A DNA stretch of 64,000 bases. Source: Tubiluchus corallicola. Taxonomy: Eukaryota > Animalia > Priapulida. Below are positions 35,901 to 47,301 of this stretch, in pieces (positions within the stretch are counted from its first letter, which is position 1; the number at the start of each line of letters is the position of its first letter). Under the pieces are notes generated by a model that did not search any database, was not told the origin of the DNA, and worked only from the letters and a program-made list of their open reading frames with translations. The stretch spans positions 62,001 through 126,000 of the forward strand of contig JAQGDQ010000218.1 of NCBI GenBank assembly GCA_030141605.1, read 5' to 3'. The translations under genes and the position numbers were made by a program.

Positions 35901-36972
35901 TTCACTAAACCTTATAACTCATTCATCACTTTTTAAGTATATGCTGACATTGTACTGGCAAGGTTATAAACATGCTTGCAAAAGCAAAACATTGGTCGTC
36001 ACCATTATTTCTTTTGAATTTCTGAAACGTTAGAAAAGGCATATTTGAAGTATTTGCATGTTTGCTCGGTGAAAACCCAAACATTTGGCTTGTGCCTTGA
36101 TACAGTTAGATATTAGTAGGCGTTATTATAATCTGGGCTTTTTGCACTTATATATTATGTTGCAATGCCATGGGCTGTTAGGAAGTAATTGTCCCCACTA
36201 CGCAGAAGAAGCCACAAATAATCAATAAAACCTCATAAAACCAATATAAACAACAGTTAGCTTTGAGTGAAGAACACTTATCTTAATATCTGGTGTGGCC
36301 ATTCGCAGCGCTAAGGGCCATCGAAATGAACAATAAAATGCAAATGAACAATTTTCAAGGCGTGTGATTCAAATTGGCTTCTCAAAGGAAATGGGACTCA
36401 TTTCCTTTTCTACCTTCGTTAATTTTTCATTTCTGAGAATAATGAGTGAAAAGAACTTTAAAAAACACACTAAAAGGGAACGACTAAAAATTAGAATATT
36501 AAAAAATACGTTCACATCTACCTGTGATTACTTATGTGTATAGCAGTTCCTGATACTCTGCATCTCTTACATTGAGTAAACGCATAAATATAAGTATAAA
36601 TAGCCTATACTCTACAGATAATCACTGTGGTTCGTTTGTACTCATTTGGAAATCACTCATATCAGGGTCTAGGGAATCATAGAACATTTTCAGGGCATAT
36701 TCCTTCTGCCCCCTTGTTAAACCTCCTTAAGAACGCATGCAGAAATAGTGACGTCCCACCGCGCAAACTTTCGTCGACGGTGGTGCTGTAACCGATCTAG
36801 GGATTACATAGTAATATTATTATCTGTAGTGCGTGTTTCAAATCTAAACTATGTCCCAACTTTCCACATTTCCAGTCTTTCGAGGCATCAAAATTCAATT
36901 AACTGCAGGTTTGTACAATAACTAATAATAATCTTTACATTATAGTTATCTAACATATTAATTTCTCTGGTT

Positions 36973-37061
<89 letters not shown>

Positions 37062-40000
37062 CCCTCTTTCTCTCTCTCTACAGATATGTATACATACATT
37101 GTTATGGTAGTGTAATATGGTGTGACGTGGCACGGTGTGAAGTGGCGCAGTGTGGATGGTGTGGTGAGGGTGGCATGGGTAATGCGAGTCTATCTATGTA
37201 TTTGTATGTGCAAAATTCTTTTGCGGCCTTTGGAGCTCTAGTATATACTAATTTGACAGATATTTTCGAAATAGAACTTCATTTAGAATATCTTTAATAC
37301 GTATTTTTGTGTATAACACAAGAAATACAGGGTGAAAAATAACACAGTAGACAAAGAGAAGGAAGAAATGGAGGCAGAGGGGAAGAGGAGAAGGGAAAAA
37401 GAGAGATAAGGAGAAAAACGAGGAAGAGAAGAAGAAAGAGAGAGGGGGAAGAAAGAGAGGGTGTGAGAGAAAGTTTGTGTTGTAGTTTTATTTTAGTGCA
37501 TTATCCGTTGCTTATTTTCTTTATTATGTTAAAATTTTATTGCAGTTATAATAAAGTTTGCACCTGTCTATCATGAACTAACTGCGATTGGTTATGTTTA
37601 ATGCCTTTGTTATAATACTCATTTTACTGAAATGAAAAATAAAGAATTCTACTGCTACTATACTACTGTAAGTGCTACTACTAGTTTGTTACTACTACTA
37701 CTACTACTACTACTCTTTACATTAACTGGGGAAACACAATGTCTTTCAGTGTAAATGTACCAGATTGAAGCAGATCGAGTTAAGTCGTTAACTGAACAAA
37801 TAACAGCAATAATAGACGCATCTATCTGGGGACATCTAGATCGAAACATCTACTTAGCAAAAGTCAACTGACATGATTTTGCTCAAAAGTGTTCACAGTT
37901 AACATGAATCATATCCGGAAACTGAAACACGTGAAGCTCGTTATATCACGCATAACATTGCATGCAAAGAATCGTGCGTAGTAGTGCATGCCTTGCTATA
38001 AAAAGGTAGTGGACATGAATATTTAGTTGTCTGGTAAACTATAATACGCGCTGACTTCTCTGCACTACTATAGTTATTTGAAAATTGCCGAAATCAGGAA
38101 TGCCAAAACTGATTTTCCAAACTCAGAGAACTACATAATAAGATTGGTTAGAACTTGAAAACCGTCATTAAATTTAATCAGAACACTTAAGTATGTTTAC
38201 CCAGCGTTTGACTGCATTGCACGTTTAAACTAACTCGAACAACAAACATGGAATGAATGAAAATTATAATAAAGTGACACTGTGTTCTTCAGCAGTGCAG
38301 TAGCTCGTGTTTACTCAGCAATTTTATTGTTGAGCATTTACGATATTCTCCTAGAAATTATTTGTGGTGCGTTAGGGAAGCAAGTGACTCAGCTTCACTC
38401 AACATTGACTCTTATAGGCCTCACAGTTTTAACTATGGAAGAATTACATTTATCTGGAATTTACGCCTTAATTGAAAGTTCATGTACTAACAACAGCTTT
38501 TTATGTAGGGACAAATAGAATAGACTGGTAAGTAAAAGGCACCGAAAGGCGCCGTGTACCGAAATTTTTATTTTGTAAACGAGTCGATAGACTAACGAAA
38601 CACGCGCAGAAATTGCACTCATGGAAAAAAGATTTTCAAACATTTTACTAGGTTTAATAAAAAAAGTATGATATTTCGACCTTTAGCTTTGATAAGCAAC
38701 CAGTTCAATAACAGTAACAGCAGCAGTAATCATAACAAAATCTCAAAAATAAAATAATTGTTTAATAAAATCTCACTTAAAATATGTTTCCATATTTAAG
38801 TGACAAATAGTTGATAAATGACTCACTTTTCTTCATATTCCTCAAAAATCTAAAGTAAACGTTGTTTTTCAAAATATTAGAAACTTTTAAAATTCAGGGC
38901 GTTTCGGATAGAACGGCGTTCGGGACAGGACTGAATGTTCGGGAACGGGGTTCGAGATTTGAAGAAAGTTCGGGATCGCGGTTCGTGGGTCGAGGTCGTA
39001 ATTAACGACCCCCACCCCGAACACTCCAGTAATGATAACACTAACGTTATCGCTAACAGCACATGATAGCGGTAGCGATAACAGTACAACAGTGGTAGCA
39101 CGTACATGCACTCACGCATGCACATACACGCGCAAAGTAGACAGGCAGATAGAAAAACATAGATAGATTTATAAACTCAGTATCTTGTAATATTGTACCT
39201 TGTAGACATGTGGATTGGTTCTAGGGTCAGTCAGTGCGTCAAAAGTCGTATAAATGTCATTCAACAGTTGAACAATTTTCATCGCTCCTTTCGCGTCGGC
39301 GTTCCTGGCACAGAATTCTGAAAATCCGTAAATACCGCTGAAAAGAATGGTCACCTTGGCGTACCGTTTCGCTGGTACTGGACGCTGATGACGTAACTCA
39401 TTAGCAACAGATGGCGGTAAGATAGAATAAAGCAACCTAAAAAACATTTTTCTGTTAAGTCTCTGTTATTTAGCGTATGACAAAAATCTTACCAAATTGG
39501 ATAGTTACCGATATTAATATTATTAAAAAAAGCAAAAGCGAATGTACGGGTTTCCCTTACAGAAAGAAAGACAAGTAAAAGGAAGGGCATATTTGACAAT
39601 TGAATGACAATTCTATTTGTTTAGAGCAGAATAACATATATGAACAACAATTTTCAAATTTGAATAATACACAAGAGACAATTTATATACTTAGACTAGC
39701 ATTGGTGAATCAACAGCTATCTTATTCATTTGGTGGTTTTTTAGTTCTGTTGTCGCGAAAAATATCGAAAATTTACGAAAGTTTTTGGAGTCACTTCCGC
39801 GTTTCATTGTGCCGAGCGTCTTGCGTCAAATTGGCCTTATGTGTATAATCTTTATGTAAATAGAAACATGCTTACGTCAAAACTGACCTTTGTCAATCTG
39901 TTTTATGTCCAAGCTACAAAATGTCCAAGTTGTTTGTGTCCAAATGATCTTGTGTCGAAAAATTTGGGTTCAAAAACTGCCTGTATCAAACCAAACACGT

Positions 40001-43000
40001 CACCAAATTTTCCCATAAAAATTGCATTTCTATATCAAAGGCAGAGCTGTTTATTTCCTTTTCTAATTTTATCAGCAGCAACTACTGAAGCCAATTACAG
40101 TGCGAGATTAACATCAATGTGCAGCAATAAACTGAAAGCAATAAAATCTTTATTATTACAATTTTTTCTACAAGCTTTTATTGTTGTTACTCTGCCCAGT
40201 TTTGATAAAGATAAATTGCTAGGATACAATTTGACAGACAATAAAACTAGTAATATTGCTTCTTTTGTGTTGAAAGTTCCTACTTGATTTATTCTGAGGA
40301 CACTCACAAAGGGTATTTCTGATTAAATATACTATCGCGCCAGAATCCTGCAATAGTCAAGCCATATATAGCTCAATGCTTTCCTATTTTTCGTTGAACG
40401 GACGACTTGTTTTATTTTGATTAAATGTATTACTTTTGTTTGAAAAAGTGTTGGTTTATTGAAACTTTTGTTTTTGTGAAAGAGGTAAAGTGCTGTTGTT
40501 TTCCTGAAAGAAGTTTTAGTAACATACTAGAAGAACGAAAAAAACTTCAGTCCAGAAATATAAGGTAATTTGTCTTGTTAGCAGTTATTGCTTTGTTTAC
40601 TGTGCATATCGTTCCAATAAATGCATGAAAGCAATACTAAATTAGAATATCTGAAAAGTTTTGTATCTCCACTGGGACTCGAACACAGGCCTTTTTTCTG
40701 GACAGCTATAATAGCCAATACACCACAGAGGAACACATATGATATTACATAGTTAGAAATTCTGTTATTGCTCACTTTGCACAAATTGTAGATTCTTTTT
40801 TGTGCCAAGCAAGGTAGAGTTACCTTGTCTATACGGTTTTATGTTTCTTTCTTCATAACAGCGTTATCTCATTAGTCCACAAACATTTGCTCCTACCATT
40901 ACTTATGTTTCAAGAACATTTTCAAGTTTGACCAAGAGTAGCTACAGTCCCCTCAAAAGCGTAGAGATTTCAAGAATGATAACACAGATACTTTGGCGAA
41001 GCAATAAAGCCTTACTCTCAACCCGAACGAAGAACAATAAAAGTAACATGGTTGTGTGATTATGCAATTACTCCTACGGGGGAGGTTAGAACAATAGAGT
41101 CAAAATTATTATGTTAAAAAGTTTTTTGTTATGGCCAGAACTACAATAGGCTTATGAAGCTAAACGAAGTGTTTGCAGGATCAAAGCTGAAGAGAACAGG
41201 TCATCGCTAAAGGCTGAAAGCAAAAGATAGCGGTTGAGTGGATATTTAAAATGAACAATCAATGGACAAAGAAGTGACATTATTCTTCTAATAGAAATTA
41301 CCAATTTCATTATAGAAAGACTATAAAGTTGCTACTGTATAGCAAGAGAAACAAACAACTCACTGATCTGTTTTCTTCTTCTCTTCTGCAAGTTCTCCAT
41401 ATGTTTGCTGTAACTGATCAGTCAATACTTCTAGCTTTTTTGTCAGTTTATATTCTGCTTCAAACTGCTCTGATATCAATACAAGGTCGCGTGTTGCATC
41501 ATGCAATGGTATGTCACTCAAGTACAAACCACGGCGGTTCAGATCATCAAGATTTGTCACACTTGGAGAGCACAGAAACAGCATCACATTCTGGACCAGT
41601 TGCATCTGTCCTCTCAGTCTCATGTATGGTTCACCATCTTCATGTTCTGCTACTCTGAACTCTTTGGTCCGGGCTCCACTGACTCCTTTCTTTGTGCTAA
41701 GAACAAAGATGCTGTTTATATGAGACACGATATTCTTGAATGATAACTCCATGTATGGACGAGACAGTTCAAAAACACTGTCGACCTTAAAATCAGGCTG
41801 AACAATTTCTGGAAAAATTTGAATGATTGTAGATCCTGCCTGCCGGATGATCATATCCTGGTCAAACATAAGATGAAAGGGAAAAGCACGACAGAATGTT
41901 GCAGGGGTGACCTTTGGTTCCATAGGCAGCGATTCTTGAAACACGTTAATGTCATAATTTGAACGTGTTAGGGTGTCTCCAGGACATGATATCAGAAATT
42001 GCACATGATCGCCCATTTCTTCTTTATCGTGAAGTAATGCAATTTCTAATTGTTTTTTGAAGATATTCTTTGCTACAGCATTCAGTATGCCTATTACTAC
42101 ATGTTCTAGTTGTAATCTCTTTGAATAATAATGCAGTATAATTCCGCCGTCATTCTGCTCCGTCACCCGGAAAGACGGCGCTTGTAGGCTCGGGTAGATT
42201 CTTCTAACATGTTCATGAAGGGCATCTAAGTTTTTCAAAAACTCCATAGGAGTCGCTCCGAGAACTTCCAGGATTTTATCGTATCCCGACTCACGACAAA
42301 AAGCAAAAAAATTTTTGCCAAACATTTCCATTAATGTTTCGACTGGAATATCTACAATAAAGAATAAATAATTATTACACAAAATTAGCAATTCTCTCTC
42401 GATTACGTTTTCGTCTTTGATAGTACATAGGTATACAGGCTGGAAACGTTTTCGAAAAATAATTAAACTAGTTTGTTTCTAAAGTCAAAAACTTGTGATT
42501 TTGTGACAACACAGGAAAGTCTATTTCAGTTAAGACTTTCGTTTTACGTATATAAGCCATTTTATAAGTTTTGCAGCACAATTTTGATGGCTTTATGTTG
42601 TACCGATTATTCGGCAAAAAGCCAAAACCGTTTGCTAGCTGCTGTTGTTGTATAAATGTTTGGGGTTAGTTCTGGTTGTTTCTGGTCTTTATTCTTGACA
42701 ATTAGTTAGGTTTGGTTCAGCCACAAACATTCAAAATAAACAATTAGGTTCGGTCAGTCAGTGCTGAATAACCGGCTTGAAGTGTGCTGAACTGTAAAAA
42801 ATGATCAGGATTTGGGTTTAGCGAAAGAATTAGCCTTTCAGTTAGATCTCAACATTATGTTACACTGATCTATAATAATTTGTTAAAAACCAACGAATTA
42901 AGTGACCTACTTGGTAGGACCATGGGAAACCTTAAAACGCTTTCACAAGCCAGTAGACCAGGCGAACTATTGAACACTGAGAATCTAACATGCTTATATA

Positions 43001-44745
43001 ACGGAAGATGCTTATTGATGAGTGATGATTATTCAGTGATGAACGCTGAAGCCTGAGGATACAATGAGCTTCAAAGACCAACGAAATGAGGCATTGGGAG
43101 ACAGATGGTCTATTATTATTTTGCTAAACGAATTCAAGTTTCCTTACACGACTTTGTTACTTAACATACCTGTGTGTTCGTAAGATCTACATATACAAAG
43201 ATTCGTTTTCTCAATACAGCGTACTACCACTTGCTATGCAAAAGCATATGTAATCGGATCTGTCACTTACCCAATACTTTTGAAGCTGCTAGTACTAGAG
43301 AATATGTTTGCTTGTCATCGTAAACAACGTGCACTAAAAAGTTGCCTTCCACGTCAACTTGTGCCAGCAATCTAAAGTCAGAATGCAATTAAGCTATTAC
43401 CTTTCTACCCTCTCTCTTTTTCTTTTTCTCCCTCCGCTCTCTCTCCCTTACACGCACGCTCTCTCTCTCTCTCTCTCTCTTCCAGGTAATAGTACTTCTT
43501 GTCTACGTGGTACATGTATTTAATTTAGTTTTTCCTACTTAAGGTAATAATAATTATTAGTTATTTTACTTAATTAAGTAGAAAGCGTCAGAAGAAAAGA
43601 TAATGAGCATCAGTAGGCTTACGAAATGTCCCTGCTTTAGCCTTTTTGAGAGAGAAAAGCCCACGAACCTGTTAGAAAACACTTACTTGATCTCTTCCCA
43701 TTTCGTTTCACCGTAGTTTTGCAAAATTAGCAATTCCAGCGCTCGATTCATGAAACCATACTGAAAAATAATAAAACAACACATTCAATGACACAAACGC
43801 CCGGAAAGTGCGTGTATAAATGAGAAAGCAAGCAACATTTCAGAACTGCATTACACAACTTCAAATACCTTGCTCAATTTTGATCTTCTTTGTCATTTCC
43901 TTTTTTCTAACATTATCCATAATAATGGTTTGTATTTTGATATTACTGCTGTGTTGCTCATTCTACTTCTATTCCTGTTGATTTTATTAAAAGATAAGTA
44001 TTGGTGAAAGGCGGTTGAATATACATGTGGATTTTTACCAGTACAGGCCAACCTCTATATACTCACGATAGTCGCGAAAAAAAAATCAGTTCGGGGCCCA
44101 GAACTCCCATTCGACGTTAGAGCATAAGCGTTTAATATGTTTTAAGCACTCACGACAAAAAACTTATTTAGAAAAGTCAGGGCATGTTAAACTTTCGGAT
44201 AATGGTAAGTTTTATCTTACGGCGTTATTTTAAGCCACAATGAACGCGCAAAATAAAGTGGAAGACGAAAGAAAAAGTATCGTTACCAGAGCAATTATCT
44301 GAAAGAAGAAACAAATGGTTTGTTCTAGTAACCCGAATCCCCGTAAGTGGACCTTGTCTAACAGAAACGATCCGTCCAGTGGCCAATTTGAAGGCATAGG
44401 AATAATTAAAAGCGTATTTATCAAATTTAGCAACTTGGAATGCTTGCGTGAATTGGCTTTCAGTGTGCGCATCTAACGCCTGAACGCGTTCAGAACTCAG
44501 AAAGCATCAACAAACACTATAGTAACAGCTGTATTAATTTCTATAAGAATTACTGTTAAAATAAAAAAAGTAGTTAAACACTATTTAACAACTCAGATCT
44601 GCGTAGGTGCCAGTGCGCAACAAGACGTAAAAACCTGAGCATCATAGCAAAACTAACAGAAATCTGAGAGTTATTGTTAGAACTTAAAATTGTAGCTACA
44701 AGGGCAGAAAATCTAGTACTGTAATAATAATAATCAACCTACCAT
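20188..44745 (-). CDS. GUCY1B1: Soluble guanylate cyclase subunit beta-1 (H-NOX, PAS/HNOBA, coiled coil, cyclase); complete, 8 coding exons, 607 aa
   Basis: Exons on minus: 44745-44743 (ATG only), 43760-43687, 43371-43271, 42351-41364, 39436-39199, 32811-32671, 20725-20571, 20311-20188; total 1824 nt, all GT-AG and in phase. Motifs [13 protein letters not shown] (heme His), YYSKR (YxSxR), [22 protein letters not shown] (beta-type), [23 protein letters not shown]. Confidence 0.95.
20571..20725 (-). CDS. GUCY1B1: sGC beta exon (LTIGIHSGE...EDAF)
   Basis: tttatag acceptor, gtacga donor, cyclase signature. Confidence 0.93.
20884..21377. mobile_element. Probable non-autonomous DNA transposon (TAGTCC...GGACTA ends; superfamily uncertain, Academ-like termini)
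   Basis: 6-bp terminal inverted match, two ~70-bp imperfect internal direct repeats (approx. 21050-21120 and 21190-21256), gaccttgacctt motif; no TSD found. Confidence 0.35.
20936..21015. repeat. Near-perfect 80-bp palindrome: 17-bp inverted repeat around (AT)n
   Basis: ACCTTTTCCGATAGGCC at 20936-20952 and its reverse complement at 20999-21015. Confidence 0.95.
21780..22807 (+). repeat. 5' LTR (1028 bp; lacks a 285-bp segment present in the 3' LTR)
   Basis: Manual alignment to 31192-32507: 5 substitutions, one 3-bp indel, one 285-bp gap. Confidence 0.95.
22810..22827 (+). promoter_or_regulatory. Primer binding site, tRNA-His
   Basis: TGGTGCCGTGACCAGGAT begins 2 nt after the 5' LTR and is complementary to the 3' end of invertebrate-type tRNA-His(GUG), ...ATCCTGGTCACGGCA-CCA. 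Confidence 0.9.
23164..26481 (+). CDS. Gypsy gag-pol, N-terminal part: Gag, aspartic protease, reverse transcriptase, start of RNase H; truncated by a frameshift
   Basis: [41 protein letters not shown] motifs. Confidence 0.93.
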   Translation: MSNPPVISSGLLRTEENPLVERVNWLSSQLGAIADQWALDSAAKFIKNFTGEGYDCSESFRQWIQDISRRGFCTSNDSEQTGGLCIRLAYMTVGGACGRYLDASRKIWSKLNWGQFISFLEPRYVSRVEVTRHILELRSMRQHRQESLRQLVDRIWFHARIAYKPLEIEKPLVQKVLIDVLVESLLSDKLRAKLIKHNPATLEAALARCRLEESNQGIARLRNRHSRQGCLEMPRELGKLAATNNEEEECLRCPQSTNGRGLQTRALHLRDNECKEVTSRLRSYRRSVSADRSLYVETSGAVDDKYLNKKRVCRDCSKNVISRKRRDARNKCQSNLRMAGIKRGDWKAVREPRSIRSISNRESLITQPTCFVELNGRPTRLLVDTGASTSCISLRLYKKLGMGAPNVSNKKLKGVTGMAMPIIGEKVIETKFGISKVRLRYQIAEMKQNAILGIDALHSLGASLDCGRKLLFIGKEAHLLALNKVREQELDILLADESVYLPSYSEITMRVRFKRDRPCGQLLCVEMAENAPVFKNRSDVGFEAGLIGVEDGRKSSLLLRNNSSRPIRIKKNNVLGTAQQVSIADVHAIAMTNSQKIKGGSDDINIENSQERYRDDSLRCMPARNEGMWRFPQVSNDRQLAVNAMARGKMPNDNARSRAADNYPQEGGLKVQYDNRGGMFVELRDLEGPSASEFTVNIKDGYKPWRYHDGISGEQVDAEFNLDHLAPIWRSKLEKLLNRWKGVFASTDLELGQTKLAEMRIDTGDAEPIRSKPYRIPNNLEKELDKIIRELLAAKIIVPANSPWASPCLLVKKADGKSYRLVIDYRKINKCVKFDAYPSRTLSNFKDKLQGAKYFSCLDLRQGFLQIPVHRDDQPKTAFVTQGGAYMFTRSPMGLLTSPSVFWRVINKLLDGITDKFSIAYLDDILVYSKSREEHLQHLQEVFRRLEEANLRLKPSKCQFFKTEVQFLGYIISKDGLRPDPERAKVVQTMDRPVNVRGVRSFIGSCNYYRANIPRFAEIARPLTELTRKNVKFVWGNAQEKAFKELKAALLNPVMLTHPDTERPYILYTDASLYSVGGVLTQEIDGEERPVEFFSHQLTPTQHTR
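26469..29027 (+). pseudogene. Gypsy pol, C-terminal part in the shifted frame: end of RNase H, HHCC plus DDE integrase, GPY/F-like domain, acidic tail
   Basis: AYAIIYG...TDHKSL, ADHYSR, H-x6-H...CPTC, DIVGPLP, LTDND, IEERQH; not an independent gene. Confidence 0.9.
30016..30108 (+). ncRNA. Putative cis-acting structured RNA, three-way junction, copy 1
   Basis: Six helical segments, pairing-compatible with copy 2 through compensatory changes. Confidence 0.65.
30275..30362 (+). ncRNA. Putative cis-acting structured RNA, three-way junction, copy 2
   Basis: Same fold as 30016-30108 despite sequence divergence. Confidence 0.65.
31179..31190 (+). promoter_or_regulatory. Polypurine tract
   Basis: AGGGGAGGAAAG just before the 3' LTR. 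Confidence 0.9.
31192..32507 (+). repeat. 3' LTR (1316 bp), AATAAA at 32120-32125
   Basis: Direct repeat of the 5' LTR, preceded by the PPT and followed by the TSD. Confidence 0.95.
32671..32811 (-). CDS. GUCY1B1: sGC beta exon (VETVGDKYM...EPVT), absent from the ORF track
   Basis: ctgtag acceptor, gtaagt donor, 141 nt. Confidence 0.93.
33426..33497 (-). pseudogene. tRNA-like sequence (tRNA-derived SINE head or tRNA pseudogene; anticodon position TGT)
   Basis: 7-bp acceptor stem AACACAG/CTGTGTT, T stem CCTGG/CCAGG, variable loop AGGTC; degenerate T loop TTCATTT, weak D arm, mismatch in the anticodon stem. Confidence 0.6.
36977..37079. repeat. (CT)n microsatellite
   Basis: Direct reading. 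Confidence 0.95.
39199..39436 (-). CDS. GUCY1B1: sGC beta exon ([14 protein letters not shown]...HVYK)
   Basis: ttttag acceptor, gtacaa donor, 238 nt. Confidence 0.93.
41364..42351 (-). CDS. GUCY1B1: sGC beta large exon (H-NOX C-half, PAS, start of coiled coil)
   Basis: ttgtag acceptor, gtgagt donor, 988 nt. Confidence 0.95.
43271..43371 (-). CDS. GUCY1B1: sGC beta exon ([13 protein letters not shown]...SKVL)
   Basis: tttag acceptor, gtaagt donor, 101 nt. Confidence 0.9.
43687..43760 (-). CDS. GUCY1B1: sGC beta exon (YGFMNRALE...WEEI)
   Basis: ttttcag acceptor, gtaagt donor, 74 nt. Confidence 0.92.
44743..44745 (-). CDS. GUCY1B1: sGC beta initiator ATG at the end of exon 1
   Basis: ATG/gtaggt on the minus strand; H-NOX cyclases start MYG with an intron after the ATG. 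Confidence 0.7.
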
Positions 44746-44956
44746 ACTGTATGTTGTAATTTTGTACTTCCGTAATCACAGTACTCACTGAACAACTAAA
44801 TCACATTAATCAGTTATTTATCTAGTTAATGCAATCAAACACTAAAGATCAGAGTCAGACATCTCTGCAAATGCTAGTGTCTCTTGATTGCAGGTAATTG
44901 TAGTATTGCCAGCATTTCGCTAAGTTAAAATTGATTCCCGGGTATTGTCACATAGC

Positions 44957-44970
44957 GTTGCCATGGTAAC
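44957..44970. promoter_or_regulatory. RFX X-box
   Basis: GTTGCC-AT-GGTAAC matches GTNRCC(N0-3)RGYAAC, ~210 bp upstream of the predicted sGC beta ATG. Confidence 0.65.
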
Positions 44971-45690
44971 GAGCAACATCTACTGAAAGAGTAATGAGAA
45001 ATTCGTCAAAATCTTGTCGGTATTGACTGTTATGCAGCAGCAGGTATTTTTATGAATTTTCAACAGGTGGCGAATTGATGTCATTTTCGAGCAACAATAT
45101 ATTTTGACTGTCTTTGGAATGTTGGCTTTTAATCAGTGAGACGTGTTCCTAGACAAGTTGAGGGCAATTTCTCCCAAATTTGCTACACGTCTCGCATTCA
45201 GTGTAAATTGGATAGTTAAATATTTCTTGACAGTCATCACGATAGTCTGGAGTTTAAAACGTGCCTATGTCAACAAAATTACAATTGTAAATGAGTTGCG
45301 AATCAAACATTTGAGAGTATTTAAATCGGAGGTAAAAATTCGAGAAACGATTATTGACTTTGTAGCAGATTGACAAGACACTCGTAAGAATTTTCGTCAG
45401 CACTAAAATGCAGTTTCAACTTTTCTGTAGTAAAGAAAGTAAATTAGGAAATATTGCATATTGCAGAGTAAGTCTAAGTTTATTCGTAAGAACACAATTT
45501 ACAGATTTTCAATGTTGCTAAAATATTTATTGATGTCTATAGACCTTCCTGTGTACCAATAACATGTGGTACAGGTGTGCTTTACGTGCAGGTTAAACCT
45601 CTAGGAATAATGTCAATATTTACAAAAAGTAAAATTGCCACAACAACAAATGTAAACTTATTTAGTTATAACAAATCGAATAACTAATAA

Positions 45691-45769
<79 letters not shown>
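45691..45769. repeat. Compound (CT)n(AT)n microsatellite
   Basis: Direct reading. Confidence 0.95.
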
Positions 45770-45770
<1 letters not shown>

Positions 45771-47301
45771 CAAATATATATATCAACCGTTCAACCGTTA
45801 ACCCCACTCCGAAAATTGGAACAAAACTACTATTCATAGATGTTATTTATTTCACTTTATCCGTTAAATCAATTTTGAAAAAAACTTGTTCTACCAGCAG
45901 TGACATAGCCAGAAAAGCATCAATTAAAGCAGACTAAATCTCGTGCAGAGAACTGCAGCCATTTGTAGTGATCAACCTAAATAAGACCAGAAACTATTGC
46001 TTTCAACTTACTGTTAAGGGCCGGTTGTAATATAAAATCGCCTAATGAAAATGAGATGCGTAAATACAATGCACCTGCGTACATAATTTTCAACTTATTG
46101 TGTTTAAAATTAGACACAGTTTTGTTGTCTAATAAAAAAGAAACTCAAACTGCACTTCCATCTACATAGATTTACAGAAAGACAACTTAAGAAATGTATA
46201 CGGCATAACTGCATCTGTAGAAACTGCTGAAGATGCTAAAAAAGACCCAATCTATTGTATGCGAGTTCTGGAACATTAGAACAATCATTTACTCGCCATT
46301 GCAAAATTGAAGAAGCATAATATAACACTAACGAACAAATAACGAACTTTTGAATTACCCAGTCACGAAATGGTGATCACATTATAAAAAGCTAACATTG
46401 CTGTTAAAGCATCAATAGTGCGAATCGACAAATTCCGTCTCGATGTCCACTGTCAAACAGCAAAAATGATAACTGACCGGCGTTAATAAACGAAACTCTA
46501 CACAGCGCTAATAAACGAAATACAGCACCTCAAACCGAACCTTATTAGTAGATTATTTAATCACTACGTTTTTTCTAAAAGAACTATGAAGTGCTTCTCT
46601 CGGAAAACGTGCTGAAAGTTTTGCGCGATGTAATCGGATCAAATCACTCACATGACACGATCGCTTTGACTAATCAGACCCTGGTTGCCGCGCAAAATTA
46701 CCCGGTTTCGAGATTTAAACATTTTAATTACCGAAAGTGAATTTTCGCCAAACGAGCATTACAGTAGCACAAAGGTGATCTAGCTCATGACACTCGCAAA
46801 ATCTTCAGCTGCATATTTCCATAGGAACGTTGTCCAAAGGATATGCTATAATTAGCGTAATTGGCTGGCTGGCTGGAAATCACGCACTGCTCAGTGCAAA
46901 AAAGAAGTTTTTTAAAATTGCCATCCAGTACCTCAATATGTAACGTAAAATGAAATTATCAACTGAGAAACTGCATGTGCTAAGTATACATGCTAATAAA
47001 ACTCACGGTAAAATGAATAAGCCACCACTGTTGACGCAGTTTGTTGACGACTTTTGTTAGCAGTGGTTTGATAAATATAGATGTGTTACAGATCCAAAGG
47101 ACGAGCAAATAGGCGCTAAGTTAATAACAAATTTTATTTTATGTATTTGAATAATCATTTATAATATGACAAATGTATAATATATAAATGTAATGTAATA
47201 TGAAAATTGATGTAAACTTAAAAAAACTTTGGCAATAAATTTTGAAACTATTCAACACAATAAGAAAGTATGACCGTGGTGTTTATAACAAGTGCAAAAG
47301 G

